Part shown: positions 50,363 through 60,461 of the stretch, in pieces
Layout: every line of letters begins with the position of its first letter
Numbering within the stretch: position 1 is the stretch's first letter
NCBI GenBank assembly: GCA_902615715.1
Contig: CACMQA010000004.1
Span: forward strand, 11,814 to 75,813
Direction: 5' to 3'
Source: an uncultured Pelagibacteraceae bacterium
GTDB lineage: Bacteria; Pseudomonadota; Alphaproteobacteria; Pelagibacterales; Pelagibacteraceae
DNA length: 64,000 nucleotides
Notes under the pieces: generated by a model
The model's input: the letters and a program-made list of their open reading frames with translations, nothing else
Told to the model about the DNA's origin: nothing
The model's database searches: none
Program-made: the position numbers and the translations under genes

Positions 50363-51181
50363 ATGAAAAAATTTGTTGTTGAAACTTATTATACTTGTAC
50401 TTTTAAGACGGTTCATACTTTAAATAACCTTGACGACACTGAATTATCTAAAATTGACCAGCGAAATGATGGAGAAGTAGAGGTTATTGATGTTAAACTT
50501 AATAATCGAAAGACTAAAAAAATAGGTGCTAAAAAAGATGACAAGCCTTTTAATGATAATTTTGGTAAAAATTTATCTCAAAATATTACTGAACAGGTAA
50601 AAAAAACTAAAGGCGAATTGAGAGAAAAACCAATTCAATCAAAAATTAAAAACAATGCAAGATTTAAAATGCCTGATAGACGTAAAGGATATATTCAAAA
50701 GGCACAAATTGGAGATCATAAAGTTTATCTTCATACAGGAGAATATGACGATGGCAAGATTGGAGAGATTTTCATTGATACTAATAAAGAGGGCGAACTT
50801 GTTAAAGCAATGATGAATAATTTTGCAATAGCAATTTCACTTGGATTGCAATATGGGGTTCCTTTAGAGGAATATGTTGATGCTTTTATAGATACGAAGT
50901 TTGAACCTTCAGGTAATGTTATAGGTAACGATAGAATATTAAGTGCGTCATCAATTCTCGACTATGTTTTCAGAGAACTAGCTATCTCTTATTTAGGTAA
51001 GGAAGAATTGGCGCACACACCTTCCATAGTAAGTACAAAGAATGTTAATGCAGTGGACGGAGATGACAAATTTCTTAAAATCGTAAAAAATATAACTTCA
51101 AAAGGTTTTGTTAGAAGCAATTACGAAGAGAAATTAGTTGATCTTTCTGACGTAAGGATAAATCTTAAAACTAAGAATTAA
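50363..51181 (+). CDS. Stand-alone TSCPD-domain protein (homologue of the class II ribonucleotide reductase NrdJ C-terminal domain) with an unrelated N-terminal region
   Basis: 272 aa. Residues ~100-272 read [101 protein letters not shown]. From memory, this matches the alphaproteobacterial NrdJ C-terminus. Confidence 0.7.
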   Translation: MKKFVVETYYTCTFKTVHTLNNLDDTELSKIDQRNDGEVEVIDVKLNNRKTKKIGAKKDDKPFNDNFGKNLSQNITEQVKKTKGELREKPIQSKIKNNARFKMPDRRKGYIQKAQIGDHKVYLHTGEYDDGKIGEIFIDTNKEGELVKAMMNNFAIAISLGLQYGVPLEEYVDAFIDTKFEPSGNVIGNDRILSASSILDYVFRELAISYLGKEELAHTPSIVSTKNVNAVDGDDKFLKIVKNITSKGFVRSNYEEKLVDLSDVRINLKTKN

Positions 51182-52964
51182 TTTTTTTTATATCTTTTTT
51201 AATACTTAAATCTTTAAGTTGATTTTCATCTACTTCTGAGGGAGCTTGCATCATTAAGTCTTGAGCATTTTGGTTCATTGGAAACAATGTTACCTCTCTT
51301 ATATTTTCCTTACCTGCAAGCAACATCACAATTCTATCTATCCCTGGTGCTATACCTCCATGAGGTGGTGCACCATAACTAAAAGCATTTATCATTCCGC
51401 TAAACTTTTCATCTACGTCTTTTTTACTGTATCCAGCAACTGAAAATAATTTATACATTAATTCTGGAATATGGTTTCTTATAGCGCCAGACGATAATTC
51501 AATTCCATTACAAACTATATCGTATTGATAAGCTTTAATATCTAAGGGCTTTTCGAGGTTTATTTTATCTAGATCACCTTGTGGCATGGAAAAAGGATTA
51601 TGGCTAAACTTAATTTTTTTAGATTGTTCATCAAGCTCATACATCGGATAATCAACTATCCAGCAAAATGCAAATTGGTCATAATCGATAATATTTAGAT
51701 CTTTAGCAATTTTATCTCTTGCTAAAGATAAAATTTTCTCAACTTCTTTTTCTTTTCCGCATGCCAGAAAAATACTGTCTCCTATTTCGGCTTTACAATT
51801 TTTCATTATTTCTTTCAATGCGTCCTCATTAAAAAATTTACCGACGGGTCCTTTACCCCTAATTTCTTTATCTTGTTCAAAAGTAAAATACGCCAAACCA
51901 GATGCGCCTTGATCTTTAGCCCATTTGTCAATACCGTCAAAAAAACTTCTTGGTTTGTCTTTGGTTTTTTTTGTTATTATTCCTCTTACAATTGAACCTG
52001 TTTTTACTAATTTTTTAAATATATCAAATTTTACATCATCCCTTTTGAAGATATAGGAAAGTTCATGAATAATTAGAGGATTTCGCAAATCTGGTTTGTC
52101 TGTACCGAATTTTTGCATAGACTCTTGATAGGTAATTCTTGGAAATTTATTGTCAATTTTTTTTTTTGTTGTAAAATTTTTAAATAAACTAACTAGTAAT
52201 TTTTCTACTACATTAAAAACATCCTCTTGTTCTACAAATGACATTTCTAAATCTAATTGGTAGAATTCACCTGGACTTCTATCTGCTCTAGCATCTTCAT
52301 CCCTAAAACATGGTGCTATTTGAAAATATTTATCAAATCCAGAAACCATAATTAATTGTTTAAATTGTTGAGGTGCTTGAGGCAAAGCATAAAACTTTCC
52401 AGGATTTAATCTGCTAGGAACTAAAAAATCTCTCGCTCCTTCTGGGCTGGAGGATGTTAGTATTGGTGTCTGATATTCAAGGAAACCCAATTTAAGCATT
52501 TCAGATCTTATAAAAGAAATTACTTTTGATCTTAAAATTATATTCTTGTGCATTTCATCTCTCCTAAGATCTAAAAATCTATATTTTAATCTTATTTCTT
52601 CAGGATAATCTTGTTCACCAAAAACTGGCATTGGTAATTCTTTTGCACTTGATAAAACTTCTACGGATTCTATTGAAATTTCAATTTTTCCAGTTTTCAA
52701 ATCTAAATTTTCTGTTCCACTAGATCTTTTAACAACCTTTCCTTTAATGTTTAGCACAGACTCTGGTTTAAGTTTTTCTAAAAGAGGAAAAAAATTATTT
52801 TTATTTTCAATAACACATTGTGTCATTCCGTAGTGATCTCTTAAATCGATAAATAATAAGTTACCATGATCTCTCTTTCTGTGAAGCCAACCAGAAAGAT
52901 TAACATTCTTATCAATTTCTTTTTCACTGAGTTCTGAGCAATTATGAGATCTATATTTATTCAT
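51171..52964 (-). CDS. aspS: Aspartyl-tRNA synthetase
   Basis: 597 aa. Class II motif 2 [19 protein letters not shown], motif 3 GGIAPGIDR and an N-terminal OB fold. Confidence 0.96.
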   Translation of the reverse strand: MNKYRSHNCSELSEKEIDKNVNLSGWLHRKRDHGNLLFIDLRDHYGMTQCVIENKNNFFPLLEKLKPESVLNIKGKVVKRSSGTENLDLKTGKIEISIESVEVLSSAKELPMPVFGEQDYPEEIRLKYRFLDLRRDEMHKNIILRSKVISFIRSEMLKLGFLEYQTPILTSSSPEGARDFLVPSRLNPGKFYALPQAPQQFKQLIMVSGFDKYFQIAPCFRDEDARADRSPGEFYQLDLEMSFVEQEDVFNVVEKLLVSLFKNFTTKKKIDNKFPRITYQESMQKFGTDKPDLRNPLIIHELSYIFKRDDVKFDIFKKLVKTGSIVRGIITKKTKDKPRSFFDGIDKWAKDQGASGLAYFTFEQDKEIRGKGPVGKFFNEDALKEIMKNCKAEIGDSIFLACGKEKEVEKILSLARDKIAKDLNIIDYDQFAFCWIVDYPMYELDEQSKKIKFSHNPFSMPQGDLDKINLEKPLDIKAYQYDIVCNGIELSSGAIRNHIPELMYKLFSVAGYSKKDVDEKFSGMINAFSYGAPPHGGIAPGIDRIVMLLAGKENIREVTLFPMNQNAQDLMMQAPSEVDENQLKDLSIKKDIKKINS

Positions 52965-53617
52965 CGATTTAATACTTTTTTTATTAAATTAATATTGATA
53001 GATTTTCCAGTAGATAAAGATAAATCGTCAACATCTTTAAGAAATTTGAACATTTTTTCATAAGATCTCTCTACATTATTTACTATGAAGTTTAATATTT
53101 TGGGATCAATACTTATCTGTTTTTCAGAGAATGTTTTAGATATAATCACCTTAAGCAACTCATCAGTTGGAAGCTCAATACCAAAGTAAAGAAAGCTATT
53201 TATTCTTGATTGAAGATCTTTTAATTTAAATTGTACAGTATTTATTGATGGAACAGAATTTATTAATATATAATTTTCTAGCTGCTTGGATTGATTTAAT
53301 ATAGAATAAAAAAGTTTTTCCTCAATGTTATTTTCAAAACTATCAATAATAAGACAATCTAAGTTACTGAGTTCTTTAATTGTTTCTTCACTAATATTTT
53401 TAGCGTCAATTAATTTAATATTATTAATCTTTTTTTCTAAAATCTTTGCTAAATGAGTTTTTCCTGAACCGGAAGCTCCGAAAATATTAAGCCATTTGCC
53501 AGGCCAGGTAGGCCAACCTTCTATTAATTTATATGCAGAAAAATTATTATTTGAAACAAAAAAGTCTTGTTCATAATATTTTTTTGAGAATGGAAATTTA
53601 AATATGAGTTGATCCAT
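52961..53617 (-). CDS. hdaA: DnaA regulatory inactivator HdaA
   Basis: 218 aa. N-terminal clamp-binding-like QLIFKF, then FFVSNNNFSAYKLIEGWPTWP and Walker A GASGSGKTHLA, the typical alphaproteobacterial HdaA layout. Confidence 0.85.
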   Translation of the reverse strand: MDQLIFKFPFSKKYYEQDFFVSNNNFSAYKLIEGWPTWPGKWLNIFGASGSGKTHLAKILEKKINNIKLIDAKNISEETIKELSNLDCLIIDSFENNIEEKLFYSILNQSKQLENYILINSVPSINTVQFKLKDLQSRINSFLYFGIELPTDELLKVIISKTFSEKQISIDPKILNFIVNNVERSYEKMFKFLKDVDDLSLSTGKSININLIKKVLNR

Positions 53618-53620
53618 TTT

Positions 53621-54667
53621 TTATAATGTTCTAATTATCCATTTTTCGTTTATCAATTTTAAATCAATTTTTTTTGTTCTTAATAGACTGATTATTTTTT
53701 CTAATTTTCCCAAATATTTTATTCTTAAATTCATATAATCTTTATTAAATTCTTGAACATAAATATTTTCAATTGAGTCGATATTTTCAATTCTAGACTT
53801 TAATTCAACTAAATTACTTTTTCGATTTGTATCTAATTTGACATTTAAAAAAGATGGAGTTCTGACGTCAATTAAATTCTTTGATTTTACTAAATCTATT
53901 AATTCTTTTTGTATTTCAGATGTAATATTTTCATAAAATTTTTCATTTAATAATTTTTTCTTTTTAACATCGAAACTTTTAGATACTTTTTTACCTTGTA
54001 TAACTGTTTTTATATATATTTTATTACTCACTTTGCCGTCTTCAATTAAAATAAAAGCTAAATTTTTATTTGAATATTCTTCAAATAGTTTATTAACATC
54101 TAAATTAATTAGATTATCTTTATAGGTATTAATATTTTGGATAATCTCAATATTTTCTAAAGGCAGGATAAATTCTATTAAATCATTTTTATAATTATCA
54201 TTCCAACTCTTATAAAAATAATTATTATTAAAAATGAAAATTTCACCTTCTTTAATAAATATAGGTAATATGTAAATTTCTTTGTCTGAAATTTCAGAAT
54301 ATAATATTTCTCTTTTGTAAAATAAATTATGAAGTTTTTGTTTATCAAATGTAACACTAAAATTTACAAGTTCTTCTTTTTTATCTTCATCTGAAACATT
54401 TGTAATTTGATAATAAGTCACAAGTTGTTTAATCGCGGGTAAACTTAAATCTGACAATTTATTAATATCTTCTTTTAATAAGATTTTTTTAATTAATTGG
54501 TTAAACCCCTTTTTTATTGCATCATTTGCTAAAGCGTTGTTTGATAATTTGTCTTTTTTTTCTAGTTGAATATTATTAACATTAAATAAGTTATTTTCAG
54601 AAAAAACAGTTTCAGTTTTAAAAAAAACAACTAAAATAAAAATTATTATTTTTTTGTGCAATTTCAT
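53621..54667 (-). CDS. Secreted hypothetical protein (DUF2066-like)
   Basis: 348 aa with a signal peptide. The position between hdaA and divergent purMN matches what I recall for DUF2066 genes in Alphaproteobacteria. Sequence similarity was judged only loosely. Confidence 0.45.
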   Translation of the reverse strand: MKLHKKIIIFILVVFFKTETVFSENNLFNVNNIQLEKKDKLSNNALANDAIKKGFNQLIKKILLKEDINKLSDLSLPAIKQLVTYYQITNVSDEDKKEELVNFSVTFDKQKLHNLFYKREILYSEISDKEIYILPIFIKEGEIFIFNNNYFYKSWNDNYKNDLIEFILPLENIEIIQNINTYKDNLINLDVNKLFEEYSNKNLAFILIEDGKVSNKIYIKTVIQGKKVSKSFDVKKKKLLNEKFYENITSEIQKELIDLVKSKNLIDVRTPSFLNVKLDTNRKSNLVELKSRIENIDSIENIYVQEFNKDYMNLRIKYLGKLEKIISLLRTKKIDLKLINEKWIIRTL

Positions 54668-54691
54668 AAAAATTAAATTACCAATTTATAA

Positions 54692-55720
54692 ATGAAAAAA
54701 GTTGAAAATAGTTATAAAAAAAGTGGTGTTAACATTTCGTTAGCAAATAAATTAGTTAAACATATATCTAAATTATCCAGAAAAGATGTCAAAAAAAGGA
54801 ATGGGGTCTCCAAACCAGATGTAATCGGAGGTTTTGGTTCATTATTTGATATAAGTAATCTTAAAATTAAAGATCCTGTAATAGTTTCATGCACTGATGG
54901 TGTCGGAACAAAAATTGATTTAGCTAATAAATATAAAAAATTTGATACTATTGGAATTGATTTAGTTGCTATGTGTGTAAATGATTTAATTGTACAAGGT
55001 GCTAAGCCATTATTCTTTTTAGACTACATTGCTGTAGGTAAATTAGATTTAAATAAAACAAAAAAAATTTTAAAAGGTATTTTCAAAGGATGTAAAATAT
55101 CTGGTTGCAAATTAATTGGGGGTGAAACAGCTGAGATGCCTGGAATTTACTCAAAAAATAAATTTGATTTAGCAGGCTTTAGCGTTGGTATTGTTTCCAA
55201 AAAAAAAATTCTTAGCAAAAAAAATGTTAAAAAAAATAATATTATTTTAGCTATACCATCTAATGGAATTCACTCAAATGGATATTCTTTGGTAAGATCT
55301 ATCCTTAAAAAAAATAAAATTCCCTCAAATTTAAAAAAAGAAATTTTAAAACCTACAAAAATTTATTCTAGTGAAATTTTAAAATTAACTAATGAAAATC
55401 TAATTAATTCTGCCGCACATATAACGGGGGGTGGTTTAATTGAAAATTTATTAAGATCTATTCCTGAAAATTTAACTGTAAATATAGATCTCTCAAGGAT
55501 CAAAGTGGTAAAAATTTTTAAATGGCTAAAGAGTAAAAATGTATCTGATAGTGAAATGATGAAAACTTTTAATTGTGGAATTGGATTTTGTTTAATTGTC
55601 TCAAAAAAAAATATTCCTAAAATTAAAAAAAAATTTACTAAAGAATTTATGCCTTATGAAATTGGCTTTATATCTAAAGATAAAAAGAAAGTAAATTTAT
55701 CAAATAATTTAAAATGGTAA
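54692..55720 (+). CDS. purM: Phosphoribosylformylglycinamidine cyclo-ligase (AIR synthetase)
   Basis: 342 aa with GGFGSLF, CTDGVGTK, DYIAVGKL and GGETAEMPG. Confidence 0.95.
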   Translation: MKKVENSYKKSGVNISLANKLVKHISKLSRKDVKKRNGVSKPDVIGGFGSLFDISNLKIKDPVIVSCTDGVGTKIDLANKYKKFDTIGIDLVAMCVNDLIVQGAKPLFFLDYIAVGKLDLNKTKKILKGIFKGCKISGCKLIGGETAEMPGIYSKNKFDLAGFSVGIVSKKKILSKKNVKKNNIILAIPSNGIHSNGYSLVRSILKKNKIPSNLKKEILKPTKIYSSEILKLTNENLINSAAHITGGGLIENLLRSIPENLTVNIDLSRIKVVKIFKWLKSKNVSDSEMMKTFNCGIGFCLIVSKKNIPKIKKKFTKEFMPYEIGFISKDKKKVNLSNNLKW

Positions 55721-56277
55721 AAAAAAACACCTGTGTTTTTATTTCTGGACAAGGTTCAAATCTAAAAAATCTTATCTATCGTTCAAGAGATAGTAGCTTC
55801 CCAATAAAAATTAGCCTTATAATAAGTAATAATAAAAAAGCTAAAGGTATAGATTATGCAAAAAAATATAAAATACCCTATATATATATTGATACTAGAG
55901 TTCGAGAATATGATAATAAAATTTTTTTAAATTTAAAAAAGTATAAGATTTCTTTTATTTGTCTAGCTGGCTATATGAAAATTGTGTCAAGCAAATTGGT
56001 AAACCATTATAAAAAGAAAATTATAAATATTCATCCTTCATTACTACCTAAATTCAAAGGTTTAGATACATTTAATAGGGTGTTAAAAAATAAAGAGATA
56101 AAAACAGGCTGTACTGTGCATTTTGTGAATGAAAAACTAGATGGCGGTAATGCTATTACAAAGAAAATTTTTTTTATTAATGATAGTGATGATGAACAGA
56201 TTTTAAAGAAAAAAACTCAAAACTTAGAGTATAAAGCTTTTCCTGAAGCTATAATAAAAGTATTTAGAAATATCTAA
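55714..56277 (+). CDS. purN: Phosphoribosylglycinamide formyltransferase
   Basis: 187 aa with SGQGSNL, INIHPSLLPKFKG and GCTVHFV. Confidence 0.94.
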   Translation: MVKKNTCVFISGQGSNLKNLIYRSRDSSFPIKISLIISNNKKAKGIDYAKKYKIPYIYIDTRVREYDNKIFLNLKKYKISFICLAGYMKIVSSKLVNHYKKKIINIHPSLLPKFKGLDTFNRVLKNKEIKTGCTVHFVNEKLDGGNAITKKIFFINDSDDEQILKKKTQNLEYKAFPEAIIKVFRNI

Positions 56278-56681
56278 TTTTTAAAAAAAAACTCTATTTC
56301 TTTTTTTGCATTTTCTAATGAGTCTGAACCATGAACAGAATTTTTATCTATTGATATGCCATAAAGTTTTCTGATTGTATTTTCTTCGGCTTCTTTTGGG
56401 TTAGTTGCACCCATTAACTTTCTGTTAGATTTTATAGCATTTTCACCTTCAAGTATCATAACAACTATCGGACCAGAGGAAAGGTAGGAACATAACTCGT
56501 TGTAAAATGGTTTTGATTGATGAACCTTATAAAATTCAGAAGCTTCGTCTTTAGTAATATGTATTTTTTTACTATCTTGTATAATCAAATTATTTTTAAT
56601 AAAAATACTTTTGATATTTTCAACCAGATTTCTTTCTACAGCATCAGGTTTTATTATTGATAAAGTTCTCTCTTTACTCAT
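56274..56681 (-). CDS. ndk: Nucleoside diphosphate kinase
   Basis: 135 aa with ERTLSIIKPDAV and active-site His in NSVHGSDS. Confidence 0.95.
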   Translation of the reverse strand: MSKERTLSIIKPDAVERNLVENIKSIFIKNNLIIQDSKKIHITKDEASEFYKVHQSKPFYNELCSYLSSGPIVVMILEGENAIKSNRKLMGATNPKEAEENTIRKLYGISIDKNSVHGSDSLENAKKEIEFFFKN

Positions 56682-58131
56682 AATTTTCTTCTATAAGTTG
56701 ATTTAATAGCCTTACTCCGAAACCAGTTGCTCCGCCTGAGTTTAATGCTCCGCCATATTTTGAAAAAGCCATACCAGCAATATCTAAATGAGCCCAAGGT
56801 GTCTTATTAATAATAAATCTCTGTAAAAATTGAGCTGCTGTTGTTGAACCGGCACCTCCAACATAATTAATATTTTGCATATCAGCATTTTTAGAATTCA
56901 TAAGTTTATCGTAATTTTTATGAAGAGGCATTCTCCATAGTTTTTCTTCTACTTTCTCTCCAGCAATCATTATTTGTTTAGAAAGTTTATCATCATTAGA
57001 AAAAAGTCCTGCGTATTCAGATCCTAAACAAACTATTATGGCGCCAGTCAAAGTAGCTAAATCAATAATAAATTTTGGTTTGTACTTTTTTTCAGTAAAA
57101 GTAATTGCGTCAGCTAAAACTAACCTTCCTTCTGCATCAGTATTTAAAACTTCTATAGTTTTGCCGCTATAAGATTTAACTATATCTCCAGGCCTTTGTG
57201 CTACTCCACTTACCATATTCTCAACTAACCCTACTACTCCCACAGCATTAATCTTTGCTTTCCTTAATGCTAAACTCTTCATCAAACCTACAACAGCTGC
57301 TGATCCTGCCATATCATAAGTCATATCCTCCATAAATCTTGCAGGCTTTAATGAGTAACCGCCTGTATCAAAAGTTACTCCTTTCCCAACAAAAGCTAAA
57401 GGCTTAGTATTTTTTTTAGCTCCATTCCATTCCATTGTCACTAGATATGAACCTCTTATGCTACCCATACCAACTCCTAACAATGCGTTCATACCTAATT
57501 TCTTTAATTTTTTTTTATCGTAGATAGTTATTTTTAAACCATCCTTTCTAAGCACACCAAGTCTCCTAGCGTATTCATCTGGATGTAAAACATTTCCAGG
57601 TTCAGAAACTAAATCTCTTGCAAAAAAAGTTCCCTCTTCTAAAGCTTTAAATTTAATCTGATTTTGAGTTGAAGGTTTATTTTTATTTCCAATTATATTT
57701 ATTGAAATTAATCTTGTATTTTTTTTTGTTTTATATTTTTTAAATTCATAAGATTTTAATTTGAGTCCGTGTAAAAAATGACTTGTAAAATTTCTTTCTT
57801 TACTCGTTACAGTGTCAGTGTTGATAAAGTATTCACTGTTTTTACCATGATTAATGCGTCCATAAAACTCTGCTCCTAAACTTTCAATATCTGAAGTTTT
57901 TAAATTATTTTTTATAGATATTAGAATTATTTTTTTTTTTGAATTTACTTCAAAAACTAATATGTTTTTTTTAAGATCACTCGATTTAAGTAGGTCATTA
58001 ATGTATGAAAATTCAGAAACAGAAAGAATTTTTTTCAAACTATTGATATTAAATTTTTCGTTAGCAAACAGGACAATGTTTGATGAAGATTTATTCAACG
58101 TTTTTTTTGAATAGTTTATTTTTATAGGCAT
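56674..58131 (-). CDS. pepA: Leucyl aminopeptidase (M17)
   Basis: 485 aa from MPIKINYSKK, with the NTDAEGRL signature, VGKGVTFDTGG and DMAGSAAV. The ORF track begins 14 codons upstream at 58173. Confidence 0.94.
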   Translation of the reverse strand: MPIKINYSKKTLNKSSSNIVLFANEKFNINSLKKILSVSEFSYINDLLKSSDLKKNILVFEVNSKKKIILISIKNNLKTSDIESLGAEFYGRINHGKNSEYFINTDTVTSKERNFTSHFLHGLKLKSYEFKKYKTKKNTRLISINIIGNKNKPSTQNQIKFKALEEGTFFARDLVSEPGNVLHPDEYARRLGVLRKDGLKITIYDKKKLKKLGMNALLGVGMGSIRGSYLVTMEWNGAKKNTKPLAFVGKGVTFDTGGYSLKPARFMEDMTYDMAGSAAVVGLMKSLALRKAKINAVGVVGLVENMVSGVAQRPGDIVKSYSGKTIEVLNTDAEGRLVLADAITFTEKKYKPKFIIDLATLTGAIIVCLGSEYAGLFSNDDKLSKQIMIAGEKVEEKLWRMPLHKNYDKLMNSKNADMQNINYVGGAGSTTAAQFLQRFIINKTPWAHLDIAGMAFSKYGGALNSGGATGFGVRLLNQLIEENYE

Positions 58132-58263
58132 ATTTTTCTTTTCCAAATTGGGTTGAATGGTATATATGATCAAAAATCTTAGATTTCAACGTAAAATTTG
58201 TCAAAATTAAACCATTGATTGAATTTATATGATGAATGCATTATCTATATACAAAATACAACA

Positions 58264-59376
58264 ATGCTTCAAAACAAAATTTATCATAATTATTTTTTTG
58301 AAATTTTCAAAACATTTTTCACTATAATATTAGGTCTTTCGCTTATTGCGCTAACTGTAAGAGCTGTAAATTTTTTAGATCTAATAGTAGAAAATGGATA
58401 TTCTCTAACGACTTATTTTAAATATTCAATTTTAAATATTTTTGGAATAGCGCCTAAGTTTTTCCCAATAGCATTTTTAATATCAATAGTCATTTTTATT
58501 TTTAAACATGAAAATAACAGAGAATTCGTCATTCTATGGACAACAGGTGTAAAAAAAATAGTTATTGTAAATTTGTTATTACTTTCTTCAGTTGTGGCAA
58601 TATTGCTTTATCTTATTTTTTCAGTGTACTTAACACCAATGGCATTGAACAAATCTAGACAGATGATAAGTCAAAGTCAGTTTAATTCTTTTCTGCCAAC
58701 TATCAGACAACAACAATTTAACGATTCTTTTAAAGGATTAACTTTTTTTGTTGAAGAAAAAGTTAATAATGAGGTAAAAAATATTTTTTTACACGATAAT
58801 GGTAACAATTTAAAAAATATATCTTCGAGCGATTTAGATTTAAATAGTACAACTATAATAGCGGAAAAAGGAATAGTAGAAAGCAAAAGTCTATTTTTGA
58901 TAAATGGTGAGATAATTTCAAATAAAAAATCAAAAAAAATTGAAGTAATAAAATTCGAACAATTAAACATCAATCTACAAGATCTTTCAACGACTGTTAT
59001 AAAAAAACCAAAATTACAGGAAACATCCACCATTAAATTATTGAATTGTTTTACAAAGAGTGGAGACCCAGATCTTTGTAAAAAAGAAACTAGTAAAGAA
59101 ATAATTCCTGTTTTGGTAAGAAGACTAGTACTACCTGCTTATATGCCTGTATTGTGTTTAATTTGTTCATTCTTGTTATTAAAAAATCAAAATTTATTTT
59201 TTCAAAAGATACCAATTTTAATTTACAGCTTTATAATATTAATTTTTATTGAACTAATAATAAAATATACTGGAACAAATAATTTTTTAAAATTATTTTA
59301 TCTTTTATCACCATTAATCTTATTGGGTTTTACCTATCCACTCTTACACTATAAATTTTCTAAAAATACAAAATGA
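58264..59376 (+). CDS. lptF: LPS export ABC transporter permease LptF
   Basis: 370 aa from MLQNKIYHNYFFEIFKTFF. YjgP/YjgQ family with 6 TM helices and a periplasmic beta-jellyroll insert. Divergent from pepA and followed by lptG. The ORF track begins at 58219. Confidence 0.88.
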   Translation: MLQNKIYHNYFFEIFKTFFTIILGLSLIALTVRAVNFLDLIVENGYSLTTYFKYSILNIFGIAPKFFPIAFLISIVIFIFKHENNREFVILWTTGVKKIVIVNLLLLSSVVAILLYLIFSVYLTPMALNKSRQMISQSQFNSFLPTIRQQQFNDSFKGLTFFVEEKVNNEVKNIFLHDNGNNLKNISSSDLDLNSTTIIAEKGIVESKSLFLINGEIISNKKSKKIEVIKFEQLNINLQDLSTTVIKKPKLQETSTIKLLNCFTKSGDPDLCKKETSKEIIPVLVRRLVLPAYMPVLCLICSFLLLKNQNLFFQKIPILIYSFIILIFIELIIKYTGTNNFLKLFYLLSPLILLGFTYPLLHYKFSKNTK

Positions 59377-60461
59377 ATAACTTGATTTTAAACTACCTTC
59401 TTAAAAATTATTTAAAGTGCTTTTTGATAGTAACTTTAGCTATTTATTGTTTCGGAATAATTTTGAATTTATTTGAAGAAGTTGAATTTTTTAAATATGC
59501 GAATGTAAGTATTTTTACTCCTTTATTATTGACATGTATTTTTGTTCCAAGCTTAGTGATAAAACTTTCACCCTTCATAATTTTTATTTCAAGTATTTGG
59601 TTTATGGTAAAAATTAGAAATAATAAGGAACTTCTTACTTTGAAAGTTTACGGTTATTCTAATTTAAAAATTTTTTTTATTTTAGCTTTTGCGTCTTTTT
59701 TATTAGGTTGGATAATTTTATTTTTAGTAAATCCTATGACATCTTCGTTAATAAAATATTACGAAAAAACAAAATCTAGTTATGCAAGAGATATTGATCA
59801 TTTAGTAACTTTTAATAAAAACGGTTTATGGATAAAAGAATCACTCAACGATAAAGAGAGAATCGTTACTGCAACAAAGCTCGATAAATTCACAATTTCA
59901 GAAATAGAAATTTTCCAATTTAATAAAAATTTTAAATTAGAAAAAAAAATATTTTCTAAAACAGCAAATATTGAGTCAAATAAATGGGAACTAAAAGATG
60001 TGAAGATAATTGTTTTCAAAGACGGAATTTTCAAAGAAACAACAGTAGAAACCTTATTTATTAAATCAATTTATGATTATGAAAAATTAGTCAATTTATT
60101 TAATAATTCAGATACTTTTTCTTTTGTAGAAATTTTAATAGATTTTAAAAGCATGATAAACAAAGGATATAATCAAGAATTCCTTAAACAAAGTTTACAT
60201 TCTATGATGACTTTGCCGTTTTATTTATTCATGATGACAGCATTAGCTTCAATTTTAACTCTCCACACAATGAAAAATTCTGAAAATTTAAATTTTATAA
60301 TTATAGGACTCGTCTTAAGTGTCATTATTTATTATTTAAAAGATCTGTCATTAGCCCTTGGAAAAACAGACAGAATTCCTCTAATTTTATCTATATGGAC
60401 ACCTATAATTGCCTTAAGCTTTTTCACTTTAATTGGGGTGATACAAATAAATGAAAAATAA
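59373..60461 (+). CDS. lptG: LPS export ABC transporter permease LptG
   Basis: 362 aa paralogue of the upstream gene (LNYLLKNYLKCFLIV), with the same topology. ATGA overlap with lptF. Confidence 0.88.
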   Translation: MNNLILNYLLKNYLKCFLIVTLAIYCFGIILNLFEEVEFFKYANVSIFTPLLLTCIFVPSLVIKLSPFIIFISSIWFMVKIRNNKELLTLKVYGYSNLKIFFILAFASFLLGWIILFLVNPMTSSLIKYYEKTKSSYARDIDHLVTFNKNGLWIKESLNDKERIVTATKLDKFTISEIEIFQFNKNFKLEKKIFSKTANIESNKWELKDVKIIVFKDGIFKETTVETLFIKSIYDYEKLVNLFNNSDTFSFVEILIDFKSMINKGYNQEFLKQSLHSMMTLPFYLFMMTALASILTLHTMKNSENLNFIIIGLVLSVIIYYLKDLSLALGKTDRIPLILSIWTPIIALSFFTLIGVIQINEK

